Shown here: positions 20,460-30,924 of the stretch, piece after piece
How positions within the stretch are numbered: the first letter of the stretch is position 1
Layout: the number at the start of each line of letters is the position of its first letter
Assembly: GCF_004010195.1 (NCBI RefSeq)
Contig: NC_057758.1
Location: forward strand, 9,782,352 to 9,819,823
Length of the DNA stretch: 37,472 bases
Direction of reading: 5' to 3'
Origin: Chiloscyllium plagiosum
Taxonomy: Eukaryota
Made by a program: the position numbers and the translations under genes
The notes under the pieces: generated by a model
Database searches by the model: none
What the model was told of the DNA's origin: nothing
What the model saw: the letters and a program-made list of their open reading frames with translations, nothing else

Positions 20460-23303
20460 TGGAAACTGTTATTCTTTATAATAATGATAAGTATAAGGAC
20501 TGCTTTTCTCTATAATAAAGAAAGAGAATGCTTTTTTCGATAACAGATAAAGGAAGCTATTCTCTATAATATTGATAGGGACGGCTGGTCACTCCATTGA
20601 GCACAGCCACTTCTGTTCCCTGCAATAAAGTTAGAGACTGCTGTTCTATATAATAAAGACAGTAACTGCTATTCACCGTAATGTACACACTGCCAGCCAT
20701 TGTCTACAAAATATGCGGGCACTTCTGCTCTCTGTAGTAAAGCCTGCAACTGCTACTCTGTCCGATAGAGTCAGAGACTGCTGTTCTCAACAATAAAGAC
20801 GGGGATTGCTATTCCCTATAATAACAACAGGGTCTTCTGTTCTCGGTAACAAAGACTGCTGTTCTCCAAAATCACGACAGGGAGTTCTGTTCTTTTTTAA
20901 CAAATAGACAGGAACTACTGTTCTCTCTCACAACAACACGGACTGCTGGTCACTGTAATATGCAGAGGGACTGCTGATCTCGACAAGAGAAACCGTTACT
21001 GCTGATTTCTATGATAAAGACAGGAACGGCTGCTCTCTATCATAAAGACAAGAACTGCTGTTCACTGTAATATACACAAGGACTGTTGTTCTGTTAAATA
21101 TGCACAGATACTGCTGGCCTCTAAAATAATGACAAGGACTTTTGTTCACCATAATAAAGACTAGAACTGCTGCTCTCTATTATAAAGATACAGACTGCTC
21201 TTCAGTGGAACAATGAAAGGGATTTCTTTTCCGATAATAAAGACCGGAAGTAGTATTCTCTGCAATTATGACAGGGACTGCTGTTCACTGTAATATGCAT
21301 TTGAGGAGAAAGTGAGGTCTGCAGATGCTGGAGATCAGAGCTGAAAATGTGTTGCTGGAAAAGCGCAGCAGGTCAGGCAGCATCCAGGGAACAGGAGAAT
21401 CGACATTTCAGGCATAAGCCCTTCTTCCGTAATATGCATTTGGACTGGTAATCACTCCAATAACGACTTGCAATTCACTGTAGCATGTAGAGGGACTGCC
21501 GTTCTCTCCAAAATAAACAGGAACTACTCTTCTCTGTAAGAGTCACAGGAACTGCTCTTCATTGTAATTTACACAGGGACTGTTATTCTCTGTAATATTG
21601 ACAGTGCCTGTTGCGCTGTCTAATATTGACAGGGACTGCTAATCTTTATGAAATAGTCATGGAACGGGCTTCTCTGCAACAATAATTGGAACTGCTCTAC
21701 TCTACAAGATGCACAACGACAGCTGTCCTCCTCAATATGCATATGGCCTGCTGTTCTCTATACATAAGAACTGTTATTCTCTTTTTTATGCGTAGGAAGT
21801 GCTATTATCTATAAGCTACACAGGGACTGCTGTTCTGTTTTATATACACAGAGACCGCTGTTCTCTATAACATAAACATAGACTGCAGTTCTCTGTAACA
21901 TAGTCAGGGACTGTTGTTCTCCTCATTAGAGCCAGAGACCGCTGTTCTCTGAACCATACAGGGACTGCCCTTCTCGATGTGATCAACAGGCTCTGCTGAT
22001 CTCCATATTATAGACAGGGACTGCTGTTATCTACACTATAGATAGACTGCTGTTCACTATATAATAGGCAGGGACTGCTTTTCTACATACAACAGACAAG
22101 GATTATTGTTCTCTGTAATATTCCCAGGAACAGCTACTCTCTACATTTTATACAGGGACTGCTGTTCTCCTCAATAAATATGGAAATCATGTTCTGTGCA
22201 TTATATACAGAAAACATCCTTCTCTTTTCTCTGTAATATAGACTGGGAATGTGTTCTCTGTATTATAGACAGGAACTGCTGTTCTCTGTAATACAGTCAA
22301 GAACTGGTCTTCTCTGTGACATTGCATGGGACTGCTAGTCTTTACAGTGTACATAGTAACAACTGTCCTCCACAGAATGTACTGGGTCTGCTGTTCTCTT
22401 TCATATGCACTGGAATTGTTATTACCTATAATTTACTCAGGGACTACTGTTCTGTTTCATATGCACACGTATTGCTGTTTCCTATAATATCATGAGCGAC
22501 TACTGTTGTCTATAATATGCATATGAACCGTTGTCTGCAATATAGTTATGGACTGTTCTTTTCTGTATTATAGTCAGGGACTGCTGTTCTCCGTACTGTA
22601 GACATGGACTACAGTTCTTTCTAACAACCCTAGCGACTGCTGCTCTTTAAAATTAACATGGGCAATGCTTTTCTCTATATTATATACAGTGTCTTCTGTT
22701 ACTATACTATAGATGTATGTACTATCTTCTCTATAACATATTTAGGGAATACAATTCTCAATAATAAAAACAGAGATCGCTATTATCTCTAATATACACA
22801 GGACTGATGTTCTCTGTAGTATATACAGAAACTGCTCTTCGCAGTAATATGCTCATGGATTGCTTTTCTCCATATTATTGACAGAGACTACTGTATTCTG
22901 TAAGAAAGATGGGACATGCTCTTCTCTATAACATTACCTGGCACAGCTGTTCTTCACAATATAAAAAGGGTCTACTTCTCTCCTCGATACAAACAAGGAG
23001 TGCTGTTTTATGTAGTGGATACAGGCACTGCTTTTCTCTGTAATATGGACAGTAACTGCTACTCTTTAAAATATACACAGGGATTGCTGTTCTACTTCAT
23101 ACCCACAGAAAATGCTGTTCACTATACTAAACACAGGAATTCCTGTTATCTGATCTACGCAGAGGCTGCTATTCTCTGGAATATACAACTGACCTGCTGG
23201 TCTCTGTAATATGCAAACGTTCTACTGTTCTATGTAATATAGGAAATAACTACCTTTCTCCATAATATATGCGGGAACTGGTCTTCACTACCATAGACAG
23301 GGA
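20460..23303. repeat. ~2.8-kb degenerate 28-bp minisatellite (consensus near CAGGGACTGCTGTTCTCTATAATATACA), about 100 units
   Basis: Consecutive units from 21821: cagggactgctgttctgttttatataca/cagagaccgctgttctctataacataaa/catagactgcagttctctgtaacatagt/cagggactgttgttctcctcattagagc. Confidence 0.92.
21304..21428 (-). mobile_element. 125-bp PLE terminal insert with a perfect 14-bp TSD
   Basis: TSD gtaatatgcatttg at 21290-21303 and 21429-21442. The minus strand reads gGAAGA-aGGGCttatGCCT-GAAA-TG-TC...ccagcatctgcagacctcactttctcct, homologous to 15600-15720 and 32835-32952. Confidence 0.88.
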
Positions 23304-23304
23304 A

Positions 23305-25920
23305 GAAAGAGGGTTCTGGTGATCTAAGATGGAGGATGGGAAAAATTGTGACTGTAAGAGCTACCCCTTTTTGAGATAGTTTAGGAGTTGGAGATGATTT
23401 CCTCGAATTCCAGGTGCAACAATTACTGTTTTATACGCTGTTACATTGGTTTGGAACTTCCGTGGAAATAAATCTAAACAGCGGCACTTTTAAAAGGGAG
23501 GAAGACAGACAAAGGCAGCAGCACATGGTAAGCAATGGGAATGGATAAAGAAACCTACACTGTTAACTGACACAGCAGTGATTCTGCACAGTTACTGCCT
23601 TTGCTGTTTGAGTTCATGCATCCTTGGACGTTGGAGTGTGTCTAAGAAAAATTAACAAATAGCGAAATTCACAGCTGACCTTAGAGGAACCTGTGCAGGA
23701 GAGCTCACAGCACAGGAACAGACAAGTGCATAGTTTTTTAACGTGTAAACTTGCTATAAGTTGAAATACTGAATAGAATGGGTTCTTACTTTTTTACATA
23801 TATTATTGAAATCTGTCTCTTGATTAAATTTTAAAAACATAAACCATAAATAGTAAGTTAGCCGGGAGCACTGTTTTTAGAACAAGAACACGTTGTTATT
23901 TGCTGTGTCTGTAAATTGTGAAGGAGCAAAGATGGCCTTTAGTAGAGTGATATGCTCTTCCTATCGGATGTGGGAGTTTAGGGAGAGTTTCCATGTTACT
24001 GATGATTATGCAGTAAGTATGGTTCGTTATTATTTCTACCAGATCACATGGATTAGTTAGAACGACAGTTAGAGGCAATGAGGAATTTACAGGAGCTAGG
24101 GGATATGATGGATAGCAGTTATATGTAGGGAGAAAAGTCGCAAATACAGTTAGGTAGATGGGTTAACTCCAGGAAAGGTAGGATTGGGAGGCAGATAGTG
24201 CAGGAGTCTTCTGTGGCTACCCCCATTTCAAGCAACTAGACTGTTTTGGAATATATATGGGGTGATGGAAGCTCAGAGGAACATATCATGAACAGTTGAA
24301 CTTCTGGGATTGAGACAGGTTCTAATGGAATGAGGGGGTACGTCGGGTTACAGCGATCAATTGTGACAGGGGGCATTGCAGTCAGAGGCCCAGACATGCA
24401 TTTCTTTGGCCAGCAGCGAAATATCAGAACGGTGTCAGAATCAAGCGTGTCTCAGAGAGGGTGCAGAATGTTGTCAACCAGGAGAGGGAGCAGCAGGAGA
24501 TCATTGTACATATTGGAACCAAAGAAATAGGAAGGGAAAAGAATGCAATTCTCAAGGGACAATATCGAAAGTTAGGCAGGGATTGTCAAAGGAGGTCCTC
24601 GAGGGTAGCAATATCTGGATAACTCCGGATGCTACGGGCTACTGAGGTTAGGAATATGAGGATAGAGCTGATTAATGCGTGGCTGGGGAGCTGGTGCATG
24701 GGAAAAGCATTCACGTTTTTGGATAATTTAAATATTCTGTGATAGATATGACCTGTACAAGGAGGTCGAATTGGAAGGGGATGTTGGAAGGGGATGAATA
24801 TCCTGCCCGGGAGATTTACTACAGCTGCTCAGCAGCATTTAAAATAATGATGTGGTGGGATGGGACCCAGGGAAATAGTGAGGCAAGAGATCAATCTGAG
24901 ACTGGTACAGGTAGGAAAGGTAGCGAGTCAGTCAGTCAGGGCAAGCAGAACAAAGGACAAGGGAGGACCGATAAATTAAATTGAATTTACATCAATGATC
25001 TAGATGGAAGATCATTGTGGCAGAGTTGGTAGTAAAATAGCTAATCGTGACATTAGAAGCCCAGCAGGGAAGACAGATGAACTTAGTTCATGGTAAGGAA
25101 GATAGGACTGGAATATGTCAGTGGGAAATTAGAAGCAAATTTGTCAGGAGATTTCAGTTATTTGCAAGAATAATAGGATGGACATGGAAGAGGATTTTAA
25201 CTTTCCAAATTTAGATTGGGACTGCCTTAGTGTTAAGGGTTTAGGTGGGCAGGAATTTGTTAAGTGTGTACCAGAAAATTTTCTGATTCAGTCTATGAAT
25301 GCTCCTACTGGGCAAGGTGCAAGACTTGATCTACTCTTGGGAAATAAGCCAGGCTGGTGAGAGAGTTGTCAGTGAGGGAGCACTTTGGGGCAAGTGACCA
25401 TAATTCTATCAGTCTTGAAATAGTAATGGAACACGTTAGACTGGATCTTAAAGTTGAAATTCTAAATTGGAGGAAGGTTAATTTTGACATTATTAGGCAA
25501 GAATTTTCAAATGTTGATTGGGGGCATAGTTCGTAGGTAAATGGAGAACTGGAAAATGGGAAACCTTCAAAAATGTAAGTTCAGAGACAGTATGTACCTG
25601 TTAGGGTGAAAGGAAAGGTGTAGGGAATACTGGATGACTAGAGAAATTGAGGTTTTGCTTCAGAAAAAGAAGGAAGATATGTCAGGTATAGACAGGAGGA
25701 ATCAAGTGAATCCTTAGAAGAGTATAAAGGCAGTTGGAGTATACCTAAGGGGGAATCAGGAAGACAAAAATGGGGCATGAGATAGCTTTAGCAAATAGTG
25801 TTAATAAGAATGCAAATGGTTTTTATAGATACAAAAGGGTAACTAGGGAGAGAATAGGGCCCTTCAAAAATCAGCAAGGCAGCCTATGTGCGGAGCCACA
25901 GGAGATGGGGGAGATACTAT
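23305..25920 (+). mobile_element. CR1 5' part: 5'UTR, ORF1 (zinc finger and SGNH esterase) and ORF2 endonuclease; decayed and 3'-truncated
   Basis: ATG 23932 gives MAFSRVICSSYRMWEFRES. Esterase-like SIVTGGIAVRGPDMHFFG. Endonuclease EDFNFPNLDW...GARLDLLLGN. Colinear with 33470-34750. Confidence 0.85.
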
Positions 25921-26164
25921 GGAAAATAAAGAACATGAAAGCATGGGAAACGTTAAAGGCGATCTGTTACAAGAGGTCTGTGGAATGCTACACTAGCGAA
26001 AAGGTCACTGTGCGAGATGGGATAAAAATAGCGGAATGCTGCTGCATCAATGAGCAGAGTCAGGTTTGGGCTGAAAGGTCACTATGGTAGGATGAGATAA
26101 CAACAATTAGTAAAGTCAGCCTGCTAAATATCATCATGGCAGTTTAAGACAGGTCGTGACAATA

Positions 26165-26392
26165 AATATTTAGAACATGACATTAAATATTTAATCAGTA
26201 GTTAGCAGGGTCAGCCTGGGACAGGACACCATTGCGGTAGACGGGGTAGTAAAATATCTAATCATGGCATTAGAATAATATTAAGTAGGGTCTAGATGGA
26301 AGATCATTGTGGCAGAGTTGGTAGTAAAATAGCTAATCGTGACATTAGAATAATATTAAGTAGAATGTAGGAAGAACTATAGTGGCAGAAAT
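26165..26392. repeat. ~75-bp tandem repeat, 2-3 degenerate copies
   Basis: ggtagtaaaata[t/g]ctaatc[a/g]tg[g/a]cattagaataatattaagtag at 26245 and 26320. Confidence 0.75.
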
Positions 26393-26489
26393 AGAGAGAT
26401 AATAGGAAATAACATTACTGGTTTAATATATATCTGGAGTGAGGTAATTCTGACTAACACAATTTCAAAATAACTAAATTGAATTCATC

Positions 26490-27060
26490 GGTCAGGATCT
26501 TCCTCTAACAAGTCTGTGCGGACTATTCTTAATTGACCCCTACCTTTCCAAGTGTGATTCATCCTTCCCCCAGAATTTTCTGAATATTTTCCTTCCAACT
26601 GATGGCAGACCATCTGTTGTGTAATTACCTGGCCAATCCCTGTTGCCCTTCTTGAACAAATGAACCACATTAGCTATCCTCCAATTATTCGTCACTTTGC
26701 CTGTAGCCAGCAAAGCATCACATATATCCACCAGGGCACAAGCCTCGTGTGCCTCCCATAGCAGTTTGGGATACATTTTATTGGATATACCTATGAAAAT
26801 ATTTAATACCTCGTCCTTATTGGTCGTAACATGTTCTAGAATCTCGCCATCCCAACTGAAATCCCTGGCTACAATGCCTTACTCTTTTGGGAATATAGAT
26901 GAGAAGTGGACCTCATCCACTTCTTCTGGCTCCATGCCAAAGTTGCGCCTTTAGTTTGTAAAAGGGCCCAGTCCCTCCCTGATAATCTCCTTACTCCAAT
27001 TATAATTATCAAATCACTCTCGGCTTTTCCTTCACAGTACCTGCTAAAGGTTGTTCGTTG
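26490..27060 (-). mobile_element. CR1 fragment (linker to RT start)
   Basis: Minus ORF MYPKLLWEA...WRIANVVHLFKKGNRDWPGNY. Confidence 0.8.
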
Positions 27061-27169
27061 CCATTATTTGCTCTTCATTTTTAAGGACCCTCTTGCACTA
27101 TGTATATTTGGCGAAGGCCACTTTTCATTGGATTATCACTATCATTTGATAGCATCTGCTTATCACTAC

Positions 27170-28975
27170 AATGCCCTCTATCTCTAGCCTCTTCCAGTCA
27201 CTATTAGCTTTCGTAACTCTGTAACCTGCTGCAGCCTCCCCTGCTAAAACCATCCCTGCTAAAAACATCCATGTATCTGTTATATTCTTTTGATTGCTGT
27301 AATCAATTGTAGTCCCTTCTACTGTCTTTGTCTGTAATCTGTTCTAGTCTGATTAAACCTTGGTAACGCTATAATCTCATCTAGTGCCTGCAAATCTCAG
27401 CATTACTAACTTCACCCAGTCTCTATAACTATTCCAGCTTCTGTAATCATCTGGAACCTCCACAGTCCTCTCTTTTGCTGTAACCTCCTCGAAGTAATTT
27501 CGAAGTAATTAATTAATTAATTAATTTTATTGTGGCATGTACACAAATCAGTAGAGTAAAAAAGTTCATAGTTACCACTTACTACACTGTCTCAGATACA
27601 ATGGTACCTAGGTATAGACTCTTCAGAACACAGAGCCTTCTCCACGGTCCAGAGTCTCTAGGTGCAATCGTTACTAGAAGAATGCAGAAATGATGATAAA
27701 AGCAATTGCATTGCCATTCTTTGTAGCATTCCCCGTCAGAGAACCATTTGCATCTCTGTAAATTGAGCTGGATTGTATAAACTTTCCTTTGAATGTCACT
27801 TTCTCAGTTCCCCCTCTATATCCATAAATTAATTACGTTTTGACAATCCTCATGATCACTATACATTCGTCCAATTATTGTAACACTAATCAGTTCTTAC
27901 CGACCCGACAGATCTCTCCATGTCTGTAAACTCCACCACGCTCTAAAATCATTCCTCTATGACCTCTAGTCAATTGAACATTCCGTACCTATGTCAACTT
28001 CGTCGGGATAAATATTGTAAGTCTGTACAAAGTTTTTGATCGATGTAAACCCCTCCAGCAGTCAGTATCCTGGGTAGCAAAACCAGGATTTTCTGTAAAA
28101 GCTCAACAGGTCCGGCAGCATCTTGAAGAGAAATCAAAGTTATCGCTTTTGGTCCGGTGGTCCTTCCTCAGATCCGAATATTCCTGGAACCGTCCAGGCC
28201 AATTGAATTGTCTTCAGTCGCTAGATCCTTCATTATCTGTATGATCTGTGTAAGCTCCTGTAAACCACGTCACCCATGAAAAGTGCCACGGTCTCTTCAG
28301 CAGTCCCTCTTGGTGGAATATCTTCCTGGCCGAAAACTCACTCTATCGTTAACTTTCTCAGGGACACAATGCTGCTACTGTCTTAAAAAATGTCCCCCTC
28401 TCTGTAAACTACTCGAAATCATCCAAATCTGTTTATCTTCACAAACTCCTGCAACTCCTACAGCCTTTCATCTTTACGTAACCTCTTTCAATCTCAATAA
28501 CGCTATCAATCTGTGGAAACTCTAGAACCCTGCTTATTTTTCTCATCCTCTTAGATCGCCACAAAACTCCGATCTGTGTAACCCACTCCAATGCCTGTGA
28601 AACTATTGATCCGGTTCCTACAAGACTCACGCTCGATGTAACATCCTCCTGTAGCTGTGACCCATCCTGTCAATGTAACCTCTGTAGACTCTCCATCCAT
28701 CTGCTTATCTCCATAACCTTCTCCAGCTCTTACAACACGATTGTTTTAACTTCACCCTCTCCTATAACTCTCCCTACATGAGTAATTTCCTGCATTTACT
28801 GCGAGACTCCCAAACCATGAAACCTCCTCAAGCCCCTGGATTTCTCCCGACCTCTGCAGCTTCCTTCATCACTATGAACTCCCAGAATTACAAAAGCTTT
28901 TCTTTCAATGCTGCCATTCTCCTAATGTTTGCAAAACACACTTGTCGTGATATCCTTCCTTATCTCTGTAAGCTG
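27170..28975. repeat. Very old C/T-rich minisatellite with recurring (tc)tctgtaa[c/a]ctc motifs, roughly 35-40 bp period
   Basis: The motif recurs near 27217, 27331, 27478, 27923, 28401, 28574, 28636, 28681, 28710 and 28963. Confidence 0.5.
28076..28173 (-). mobile_element. Degenerate PLE terminal insert
   Basis: The minus strand tCTGAGGA-aggaccaccggacc-aaaagcgataactttgatttctcttcaagatgctgccggacctgttgagctttt aligns with 37076-37155. Confidence 0.7.
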
Positions 28976-29003
28976 AACATTGCAGAGTATAACTTAATTC
29001 TTT

Positions 29004-30015
29004 AAAACGTTACCTCAAGCGTCGGAGTCCTCAATTTCTATTTTCAGCAGTGGGAAGAGGGGACTCTTGGACCAGGGGCCTGCCGGGAACTTAAATGCTT
29101 AAAACTTTACCTTGAGCATCTGAGCACTCGATTTCTGTTTTCACCAGCAGGAAGAGCGGGAGCTTGGACCAGAGGCCTGCTGGGAAAGGTGTCACCTATT
29201 TAAATCTTCAGATCTGACTTCGGAGGGCAGAGGTTTCTGGAAAAGGTGGGCACTTTTTTTTCCCTACAGCTATATAAGTGAGTGTTTTCTGCGATATATA
29301 AGAGTTATAGGAAAGTAATTACTCCTCGGCATGAAGAAAGCTGGGTAACTGTTAGAAAAGAGAAGAAACTGTCAACACAAAGATCCTCTGTGGTCGTTCC
29401 CCTGAAAAACAAGTATACCATTTTGGATACTTTTGGGGGGACGATTTATAAGGTGCATGCATTGGGGGTGCAGATCTCTGGCACTGAGTCTGTCCCTGTT
29501 GCTCAGAAAGGAAAGGGGGAAAGGAGGAGGGCGTTAGTCATTGGGGACTCAATAGTTAGAGGGTCAGATAGAAGACTTGTTGGGAACGAAAAAGACTCAA
29601 GGTTGCCTCTCAGGTGCCAGAGTCCGTGATGTCTTGGATCATGTCTTTGGCGTCCATAAGGGAAAGGGTGACCTGCCAAGTCGTGTTCCAAATAGGTGCC
29701 AACGATATATGTAGAAAGAGGGATAGGGATGCAAGACAGGATTTCTGGAAGTGAGGGTGGAAGCTGAGAGCTAGAACAAAGAGAGTTGTTACCTCTGGTT
29801 TGTTACTTGTGTCACGTCACAACAAGGCGAGAAACAGGGAGAAATATCAACCGAACACGTGGCTGCAGGGATGGAGCAGAAGGGAGGATTTCAGGTATAT
29901 GGATAATTGGAGCTCATCCTGGGGAAGGTGGGAACTCTACAAACAGGACGGTCTTCACTTGAACCAGAGTGCTGCTGAGACCCTGGGTGGGAAATTTGCG
30001 AGTGATATTTGGGTG
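29004..30015 (+). mobile_element. CR1 5' region: tandem-duplicated 5'UTR and ORF1 SGNH esterase, running into the gap
   Basis: ALVIGDSIVRGSDRR (GDS motif) and WGRWELYKQDGLHLN (DGLH motif); ~97-bp direct repeat at 29004 and 29101. Confidence 0.85.
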
Positions 30016-30515
30016 NNNNNNNNNNNNNNNNNNNNNNNNNNNNNNNNNNNNNNNNNNNNNNNNNNNNNNNNNNNNNNNNNNNNNNNNNNNNNNNNNNNNN
30101 NNNNNNNNNNNNNNNNNNNNNNNNNNNNNNNNNNNNNNNNNNNNNNNNNNNNNNNNNNNNNNNNNNNNNNNNNNNNNNNNNNNNNNNNNNNNNNNNNNNN
30201 NNNNNNNNNNNNNNNNNNNNNNNNNNNNNNNNNNNNNNNNNNNNNNNNNNNNNNNNNNNNNNNNNNNNNNNNNNNNNNNNNNNNNNNNNNNNNNNNNNNN
30301 NNNNNNNNNNNNNNNNNNNNNNNNNNNNNNNNNNNNNNNNNNNNNNNNNNNNNNNNNNNNNNNNNNNNNNNNNNNNNNNNNNNNNNNNNNNNNNNNNNNN
30401 NNNNNNNNNNNNNNNNNNNNNNNNNNNNNNNNNNNNNNNNNNNNNNNNNNNNNNNNNNNNNNNNNNNNNNNNNNNNNNNNNNNNNNNNNNNNNNNNNNNN
30501 NNNNNNNNNNNNNNN
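30016..30515. other. Assembly gap (N run)
   Basis: 500 Ns. Confidence 1.
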
Positions 30516-30636
30516 CTCCGTTTCTCTCTCCCTGTTTCATCTGTCTCTCTCACTCTGTCTCCCTCTCTCTCCTTGTACGTCTCTCACTCTCCCACTTTCT
30601 CCTCTCTCTCTCTTCCCCAGTCTATATTTAACTCTC
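30516..30636. repeat. (CT)n-rich low-complexity tract
   Basis: tttctctctccctg...cctctctctctcttcccc. Confidence 0.8.
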
Positions 30637-30776
30637 TGTAAGTTGTCTCGATTGCCTGTCAGACAGGATAAGTAGGGAACAGCTGAGCCCCGCCATTCTG
30701 AAATTTAATACTAACCTTTCACCATGACCCTTCAGCCCATCAGTGTGATTGGTTGTGGCTCGGTTGGGGCAGGGAA

Positions 30777-30789
30777 TGACCTTTGACCT
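30777..30789 (-). promoter_or_regulatory. Perfect DR1 nuclear-receptor element (AGGTCA-A-AGGTCA)
   Basis: TGACCT-T-TGACCT on the plus strand, near an inverted CCAAT box (ATTGG 30748-30752) and a GC box (ccccgcc 30688-30694). Confidence 0.35.
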
Positions 30790-30924
30790 TGTTCCAGGAC
30801 TAACATAGGACTTAAATTCCCAGCCTTAAACCTTTAGGGAACTGAGGTGGGGGCAGGGCTTGGTACAGAGACAGAATAAAGAAACAATTGTCTCTGAGCC
30901 TCACTTTTCTCCCTGAATGTCAGA

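Noticed and set aside
20460..23303. CRISPR-like appearance (conserved core alternating with variable sequence)
   Set aside because: The variable halves are homologous to each other, the period is only 28 bp, there are no cas genes, and the context is vertebrate.
27488..27526. tcgaagtaatt duplication followed by (TAAT)n
   Set aside because: Ordinary slippage or retroelement tail; no further structure could be supported.
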